Below are positions 35,722 to 41,463 of a stretch of 41,463 nt of DNA, piece by piece. Below the pieces are notes generated by a model. The model saw only the letters and a list, made by a program, of their open reading frames with translations. It was not told the DNA's origin and ran no database searches. How positions within the stretch are numbered: position 1 is the stretch's first letter; each line of letters begins with the position of its first letter. Position numbers and translations under genes: made by a program. The stretch spans positions 1 to 41,463 of the IMG/VR virus record IMGVR_UViG_3300034349_000001; one strand, 5' to 3'. This DNA comes from a virus (taxonomy: Duplodnaviria > Caudoviricetes).

Positions 35722-38124
35722 TTAAATGCCGCTTGAACGGCGCATGTAGTTGCCCTCCCATCCGCTACCGATGATGTTGAGAGGGTTCGGGTTGGAGCTG
35801 GTGATCGTCACTCGTTGAACCTGGGCGTTGCCCGTGACAGGGAACTTGAACTGACCAGTGCCCAGCGAGAGTTCGCCGAGGACCATCTGAGTCCCGAGTC
35901 GGCCACCGGCCATCACATAGACGTACTCCGAGGAGCCGTTGTTGACGTTGATCTCGAATGAGCCAGAGTCTTCATAGTTCAACCACGCACGACGAAGCTG
36001 AAGGCGACCAATGTCCTCGGTTGAGGAGGAGCCATCGTCAGCGGTCTGCTTGATGAGGAACTTGGAGAACTCGTAGGTGAACTCATACTCACGCCCGAAG
36101 ACCACGTACTCACCAGTGCGGTTGCCCAAGAAGGTCAGCTTTGCACCGGACGGCCATGGACCCTCGTGGCGCAGTTGCACACCTTGTTGGTCGATGGTGT
36201 AGAACACGGACTCAGCGTTAGGCAGGCCACCGAGGATGGACGCAATGGTGATCGTTGAGGTGTTCGCGTCGATGTCATAGGCACCGATCTGGATGAGCTT
36301 CTTCTGGTCCATATAGGTCCGGTAGGGCTCCTGAGCGATGTCGATGGTGGACTGAGTGAACTCAACCCGCTCCAACATGATGCCCTCTGGGCGATCCAGC
36401 ATGAGGTACATATAGGACCCGATGCTTGCCGCTGCGAGGATCTTGACGCCACTCCCGAAGTTCCAATGAGAGAAGCTTTGTTGCTGCAAGGTCTCGTCGA
36501 GGTACAGGAACTTGTAGACGTAGAGGTTGCCCGGTTGCCCGCTCGAAAGCATCGACACGAAGTTCTCAGTGCCCGACCCATGGATAGAGTGGACAATGTT
36601 CGGCAGGTAGCTCGGAACGTGCGCAGAGACATCCTCAGCGGACTTGACGTTGCTCACGTCTTGGATCGCGTAGTAGCGCTTGAGGGAAGTGTACGAGGCA
36701 CGAGGTGCAGCGAAGTAAACTCCACGACCAATCCCGAAGGGTCTCGCACCGTCACTCACGTCGAACTCAGTGGTCAGGTCCAGCTCCACAGTCTTCGAGG
36801 ACAAGATCCCAGCAGACGACAGGACGAACTGGGCTTGGTCACTCCAGAGGAGCAACTGCTCAGCGAACGGAACGGCGTACTTGAGGACACTCACACGGTT
36901 GTGGGAGATGGCCACGTCGATAGGGTCATCGTCACTCAGGGCGCTCACAGAGGCCGGGAAGAAGTTGAAGTACTTCGAGGTCCGGCTCATCACCACGTTC
37001 TCCCCAGAGATGAACCCTAAGCGGTTCCTGAAGAAGAACACATCGTTGATCCGGTCGCCGATGAAGGACGGCATAGGGTTCGTGCCATCGTCACCACAGG
37101 AGCGTGTGTCCCACGTCAGGGGAGTCCAGTCGAACTGCCCATCAGAGGCCCTCACGAGCGCGTGTGGCATCGTTGAGTTGTTGAACCCAGTGATGATCCC
37201 CGGCTTAGCGATCTCCCTCCAGACCTTCCCAGAGAGGCTGTACTTGACCCAGTAGTTGTCGCCTGTACGAGCGGACTCGCCAGTGACCTCAACGATGTAA
37301 CCATCAGGGGCCTGAGCTGGCAGCTTGTTGAACGTCTGGACTTGGTAGATGAAGCCGTTCATTAGCTGGTCACCGTAGCCATCCTTGGTCTGGATGCTCG
37401 CAATGGCACCGGGACCGGGACCAGTAATCATCACCCAGCCGGGACCAGCCGAAGCCGTCCAGCCACTTGGGCCGAGGGCAGCAACGATCTGAGCGGCCAT
37501 CTGGCCAGCGATCCACGAGGCGTCCGTCATGTCCACTTGGTTCATGCCAGCGTAGGGTTGACCTACAGGCACTTTCTCAGCGGAACCGTTAGGCATCTGG
37601 ATGTTCCCGTAGACCCCACCGTTGATGAGGATCTGCATGGTCCGGCCATACTGCCCACCACGAATGTTGATGAGCGCTCGCTGAAGCAAGTTTGGATAGC
37701 CAGGTTCAGTGAGTGACGAGTTGAGCGCGGTGACCTTCTTGCGGTTCGTGACGAACGTATAGTCGGCCACGGTGATTAGGCGCAGGTCAGTTCGAGGGTC
37801 GGAGCAGTCGGCATAGCCATTGTAGCCACGCACGGTGTACTCAGTCCCCGCCAAGTCGTGAACCGCCAAGCCATTCCCAAAGAAGGACACAAGGTACTGC
37901 TCAGTTGAGTCGCGGTTAATCATGTGGACCAGAGGCTTCACACCCAAGGCGCCAGTGTTGTACAGCCGCTTGATGAGCTTGGTCGGTGGTCGCTTCTGAA
38001 GACCTTGGGTCTCCGAGGACCAGCCATTGATTTGTTGAGCGCCTTGGTTGGAGAAGCGGAGGATGTCGGGTTGTTGCGAGATACCTCCTTTGAGGTTCTT
38101 TACGGATTGTGAAACGAGTCCCAT
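35722..38124 (-). CDS. gp12: Tail tubular protein B (nozzle)
   Basis: MGLVSQSVKNLKGGISQQPDILRF start; 800 aa. Confidence 0.97.
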   Translation of the reverse strand: MGLVSQSVKNLKGGISQQPDILRFSNQGAQQINGWSSETQGLQKRPPTKLIKRLYNTGALGVKPLVHMINRDSTEQYLVSFFGNGLAVHDLAGTEYTVRGYNGYADCSDPRTDLRLITVADYTFVTNRKKVTALNSSLTEPGYPNLLQRALINIRGGQYGRTMQILINGGVYGNIQMPNGSAEKVPVGQPYAGMNQVDMTDASWIAGQMAAQIVAALGPSGWTASAGPGWVMITGPGPGAIASIQTKDGYGDQLMNGFIYQVQTFNKLPAQAPDGYIVEVTGESARTGDNYWVKYSLSGKVWREIAKPGIITGFNNSTMPHALVRASDGQFDWTPLTWDTRSCGDDGTNPMPSFIGDRINDVFFFRNRLGFISGENVVMSRTSKYFNFFPASVSALSDDDPIDVAISHNRVSVLKYAVPFAEQLLLWSDQAQFVLSSAGILSSKTVELDLTTEFDVSDGARPFGIGRGVYFAAPRASYTSLKRYYAIQDVSNVKSAEDVSAHVPSYLPNIVHSIHGSGTENFVSMLSSGQPGNLYVYKFLYLDETLQQQSFSHWNFGSGVKILAAASIGSYMYLMLDRPEGIMLERVEFTQSTIDIAQEPYRTYMDQKKLIQIGAYDIDANTSTITIASILGGLPNAESVFYTIDQQGVQLRHEGPWPSGAKLTFLGNRTGEYVVFGREYEFTYEFSKFLIKQTADDGSSSTEDIGRLQLRRAWLNYEDSGSFEINVNNGSSEYVYVMAGGRLGTQMVLGELSLGTGQFKFPVTGNAQVQRVTITSSNPNPLNIIGSGWEGNYMRRSSGI

Positions 38125-38134
38125 GGGTCCCTCC

Positions 38135-38719
38135 TTATCTGTTAGCGATACCACCGACGAATGAGTCACCGTCGATCATGTTGAAGCCACCGAAGTCCAG
38201 CTCGTATTCCTGAATGGAAGCCCAAGCGTCGTTCTCTTGTTCCTGCAAGGAGCCCTCGATTTCACCAGCACCGAAGAACCGGATGTTGAATCGACGGGAA
38301 GCCTTGGCGACGATGTACGAGCGGAAACACTCAGGCATCTCAGAGAAGCTCTTGAGCTTGATGAGGTCTACCGTGATGGGACCCGTGAAGACATCTGAGC
38401 GAGCGGTGCGGTCATAGACGTAGCCACCGCGATTGATGTACAGCGTGCCCCCAGTGGTGGTCATGCGGAGGAAGTCCGACATGTACTCAATGAGGTTCGA
38501 GAAGGTGTCAGGCAGAAGCGTTGCGCCCTCCTCAATGTTGAAGGTCCAGCCCTTCGCTTGGATCTCCCGGTTAACCTGAGCGAGGATGCGACGACAGTTC
38601 GCTACGTCAGCGTTAGGGTCGCCCTCAAGGGAGTTCACAGGGGACTCGCCGATAGCAGCGAGCATGTCGTTTACAGCTTGGAGTTCTTCGTCAAGCTCCA
38701 GTACCGATTCGGTAGCCAT
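38135..38719 (-). CDS. gp11: Tail tubular protein A (adaptor)
   Basis: [24 protein letters not shown] and MPECFR. Confidence 0.96.
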   Translation of the reverse strand: MATESVLELDEELQAVNDMLAAIGESPVNSLEGDPNADVANCRRILAQVNREIQAKGWTFNIEEGATLLPDTFSNLIEYMSDFLRMTTTGGTLYINRGGYVYDRTARSDVFTGPITVDLIKLKSFSEMPECFRSYIVAKASRRFNIRFFGAGEIEGSLQEQENDAWASIQEYELDFGGFNMIDGDSFVGGIANR

Positions 38720-38733
38720 GGTTTCTCCTTAAT

Positions 38734-38770
38734 AAAAAAAACCCCACAGAGCCGGGTAGGCCCCATGGGG
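38734..38770 (-). terminator. Late terminator (Tphi-like)
   Basis: CCCCATGGGGCC-TACCC-GGCTCTGTGGGG-TTTTTTTT, located after the capsid extension ORF. Confidence 0.9.
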
Positions 38771-38782
38771 AGAGAGTTGTCG

Positions 38783-40210
38783 TTAAACGTCTTGAGCTTT
38801 GATGCCCACGATTGGTCGCGACAGGATGAGGCGCATATCCACAGGGCCAGTTGTGAAGGACAGCGTGATGCCGAACTTGCACGCAGTGGCGTCCGTAGCG
38901 AGCGTCTTAGTGACGATCTTTGCAGGGCCGGTGTAGGCAGGAACTGGACCATATCCGACCAGAGTTTGGTCATGGAACAGTCGGCCACCGCCAGTCTTGA
39001 TGTCAGCCAGAGCCCACGCTTGGAGACCTACAGGAACGCTGGTTCCATCGACCTTCGTCATCACAAGCTCACACCCAGCAGACAGGGCTTGGTTAGCCAA
39101 AGCTTTGATGAGGGAGTTGTGGCACGAGAGCTGGACGAGACCTTGAGAGGTCGCGCTGCCAGTGATGTCGATCTGGATAGCGTTGAGGCCACCTACAGTG
39201 GTCATGGAGCCAACAACGGTTGCGCCAGAGGCGTTCGTCAGGGTCCACTTCTCAGCGATGGTGCCAGTTGCAGGAGCCGTTACGGTCCCCGGAATGGTTG
39301 CCGAGAGAGTTGGGTTCAAGATCTGGTTAACAGGCATGAACGTGTGCCATGCAGCAGCAGGGTAGGTGAAGTAATTCGCAGCGACGTGCGCTTGGATATT
39401 ACGACCACCTTTCGAGTTGCTATGCGTACCATCCATGGACACGTTAGTGTCGGTAGGGTCGTATGCAGCGTCAGCGTTCAGGTAGTTAAAGTTCTTCCCA
39501 GTGATGTTCGCAAGACCATAGTTGAAGTCCAAGCGATACTTCTGGTTCACGCCACCATCAGACAGAACAACACGAGGCAAGATGCCCAGCCAGTTCACAC
39601 GAACGCCACCAGCGTTGTATGCGTCAATGATCTGGTTAGCCAGAACGAGAGCAGCAGGAGCCGTAGTGTCCATGTAGTTGTTGGTGCCGCAATGGATGAA
39701 GATGTCAGTCATCGAAGGGTTCTCTGAGAGGTTCCTTGGAATGTCTGCCAGTACATCCTGAAGCTTGTGTCCACCAGTGCCGTCAGTACCAGCCAAGCCA
39801 ATGTGGCCTGAGAAGCGCATCTTGGAACCAGAGGCCAACATTAAGTTTGCAGCCCATGAGCGACCATCCTCGTTCGCAGTCAGGCTATCGCCTTCAAACA
39901 GTGCGACTCGGGTTGCGGTATCCCATGTGTTCTTAGCGATGGTCTCAGCGATTACCGTGAGGGTTGTAGTGGAAGTGAATCCACCATCAGCGGTAGTAAC
40001 TGTGATCGTAGTGGTCCCCAGAGCGAAGGCCATAACGAGACCTTGAGGTGTGACATCAGCGACCAGCGTGTTGCTCGACGAGAATGTGACGGCCTTATTG
40101 GCAGCCGTTCCCGGTAGAACAGTCCAAGCCAACTGAGAGGACCCATAACGGGCCACACTCAGAGTAGGCGAGGACATGCTCACACCAGTTACGGTTACGC
40201 TGCCGGAGTA
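38783..40210 (-). CDS. gp10B: Capsid -1 frameshift extension (gp10B-type): Ig-like Big_2 + SGNH/GDSL hydrolase + CBM-like domain
   Basis: The -1 frame is open from the slippery site. VTVTGVSMS..VTFSSSN..VADV...G.V....GTTTITVTTADGGF Ig pattern; GDSL, GTNN and DGTH blocks. Confidence 0.82.
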   Translation of the reverse strand, partial: YSGSVTVTGVSMSSPTLSVARYGSSQLAWTVLPGTAANKAVTFSSSNTLVADVTPQGLVMAFALGTTTITVTTADGGFTSTTTLTVIAETIAKNTWDTATRVALFEGDSLTANEDGRSWAANLMLASGSKMRFSGHIGLAGTDGTGGHKLQDVLADIPRNLSENPSMTDIFIHCGTNNYMDTTAPAALVLANQIIDAYNAGGVRVNWLGILPRVVLSDGGVNQKYRLDFNYGLANITGKNFNYLNADAAYDPTDTNVSMDGTHSNSKGGRNIQAHVAANYFTYPAAAWHTFMPVNQILNPTLSATIPGTVTAPATGTIAEKWTLTNASGATVVGSMTTVGGLNAIQIDITGSATSQGLVQLSCHNSLIKALANQALSAGCELVMTKVDGTSVPVGLQAWALADIKTGGGRLFHDQTLVGYGPVPAYTGPAKIVTKTLATDATACKFGITLSFTTGPVDMRLILSRPIVGIKAQDV

Positions 40211-41223
40211 AAAACCAGTGCGCCAGCGGCTTCAGGACGAAGACCACCGTGACCCATTGCGTACTTACCGATGATCTGGTCAGCTTGGAACTCAGCACGA
40301 CGAGCGCGCTCCAGTGCCATGTCTTTCAGCTTCACGGTGCCTACTGCCGAACGGTGGTTGAACAAGCCAATCACGTTGTTGACAGCTACCTTGTCGTCAC
40401 CGCTGGTAACAGCAGGGAAGATGTGGCGTTGGTTAGTACCGATGGTGTCATCGCCAGCACCGCCAACGGTCAAGTGTGGAACTTCGATGATCTCGAAGCC
40501 CATGACGTTGCGGATGTTGCCGGTTTCTGGGTCGATCAGCGCGCTGTAGTTAGCGGCGTTCGGCATCAGAGCGGACAGGATTGCGCTGTAGTCGTCAGGC
40601 GAGGTGTAGAAGCGACGATCCGAGGCCGGAACGTAGTTCTTGGTCAGACGGGCACGGGCCAGAGTCAGACCTTTCAGGATTGCTTTACCACGCAGTTCCA
40701 CGTCAACGAGGTCAGCAGCAGCACCAATGTTCAGAACAATGGCAGTACCCAGACCAGCGATGTTTTCGTTGGAAGCGGCAGGCAGGTTGCACAGCTTCGC
40801 CATCTCGGCCAGTACAGCACCGTCAGCAGCGATAGCCAGAGCTTCACCCAGTTGAGCCGAGTACTCAGCACGAACGTCGTAGTGGTTCATCGCGTCTTCG
40901 ATGTCGTAGATCAACACGTCGCTGGTCAACAGACCGTCGATGGTAATCACTTTCTCGGAGTGCTTGATGTCCTTACGCTTGTCATCCAAGTTCTCGCCAG
41001 CAGCAAGGTAGTAGCCCTTGGTACGACCCATGACCGGGAAGCTTGCGCTCTTACCGTTCTGGATGGTGCGGACCATATGCTTGTCCATGGTGACGGAACG
41101 ACGCACGAATGCAGTCAGAACTTCGCCACCGAAGACTTTCAGGAACATGGCCAGTTTGTCGGCAGGGTTTTGACCTTTGCCTTGGTTCGAGCCGATTGCT
41201 TGACCGCCAGTTGCGTTTGCCAT
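40195..41223 (-). CDS. gp10A: Major capsid protein
   Basis: 342 aa; FLKVFGGEVLTAF, GKSASFPVMGR and YAMGHGGLRPEAAG. Confidence 0.98.
   Translation of the reverse strand: MANATGGQAIGSNQGKGQNPADKLAMFLKVFGGEVLTAFVRRSVTMDKHMVRTIQNGKSASFPVMGRTKGYYLAAGENLDDKRKDIKHSEKVITIDGLLTSDVLIYDIEDAMNHYDVRAEYSAQLGEALAIAADGAVLAEMAKLCNLPAASNENIAGLGTAIVLNIGAAADLVDVELRGKAILKGLTLARARLTKNYVPASDRRFYTSPDDYSAILSALMPNAANYSALIDPETGNIRNVMGFEIIEVPHLTVGGAGDDTIGTNQRHIFPAVTSGDDKVAVNNVIGLFNHRSAVGTVKLKDMALERARRAEFQADQIIGKYAMGHGGLRPEAAGALVFTPAA
40210..40216 (-). other. Putative -1 ribosomal slippery site G-GTT-TTT
   Basis: In capsid frame at Val-Phe, 4 sense codons before the stop; analogous to T7 G-GUU-UUC. Confidence 0.78.
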
Positions 41224-41292
41224 TGAGTAGATCTCCTATGTAGTTTTGGGTTGGCCACAGCGAAGCCTCCACGGGAAGTGGTGATCTATTGC

Positions 41293-41315
41293 TGTAGCCA
41301 TAGTGAGGGTTTTTA
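41293..41315 (-). promoter_or_regulatory. Phage RNAP late promoter (phi10-like)
   Basis: TAAAAACCCTCACTATGGCTACA. Confidence 0.92.
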
Positions 41316-41325
41316 AATCAGGTAC

Positions 41326-41463
41326 TTACCAGCTCGAACGACCAACACGCTGCTCTACTTCAGAGCGGTACTTGGAGTCCGAGGAGTAGCGAGGATCAGT
41401 CATTGCGGCGACCATCTCGCGCTGCGACTCGAATCCTTTAGGGCCTTGAGGGGCAGCCTTAGG
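41326..41463 (-). CDS. gp9: C-terminal end of the scaffolding protein (wraps from position 1)
   Basis: Reads ..AMTDPRYSSDSKYRSEVEQRVGRSSW-stop, in frame with 1-865. Confidence 0.88.
   Translation of the reverse strand, partial: PKAAPQGPKGFESQREMVAAMTDPRYSSDSKYRSEVEQRVGRSSW

Noticed and set aside
41337-41463. 127-bp repeat as the biological terminal repeat
   Set aside because: It lies inside gp9 and has a typical k-mer length; terminus signatures are at about 22.2-22.4 kb.

Overview
This window is a complete, circularly permuted T7-like podophage genome (Autographiviridae, Studiervirinae-type gene order). Every real gene is on the minus strand. The phage promoter TAAAAACCCTCACTRTGGC matches the consensus I recall for Pseudomonas phage gh-1, which suggests a Pseudomonas host (inference). 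Bases 1-127 duplicate 41337-41463, an assembly overlap that splits the scaffolding gene. The true ends are predicted near 22155-22380. Reading down from about 22.4 kb: host promoters and boxA; early genes (acidic Ocr-like protein, 2OG-Fe(II) oxygenase, a 90-aa protein with an RNAP motif-B copy); RNAP, ligase, dNMP kinase, gp2, SSB, endonuclease, amidase, nucleotidyltransferase, primase/helicase, DNA polymerase, gp5.5/5.7, exonuclease, portal and scaffold. Continuing down from 41.3 kb: capsid, tail, internal virion proteins, fibre and chaperone, lysis and terminase genes. The strongest candidate for a new system is a T7-type -1 slippery site at the end of the capsid gene that opens a 475-codon extension encoding an Ig domain, an intact SGNH esterase and a CBM-like domain, i.e. 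an enzyme displayed on the capsid. Other leads are a small protein copying the RNAP O-helix, a phage promoter directly upstream of the RNAP gene, and a PLOD/OGFOD-like oxygenase in the slot of T7's gp0.7 kinase. All homology calls come from motif recognition and synteny; no database searches were run.
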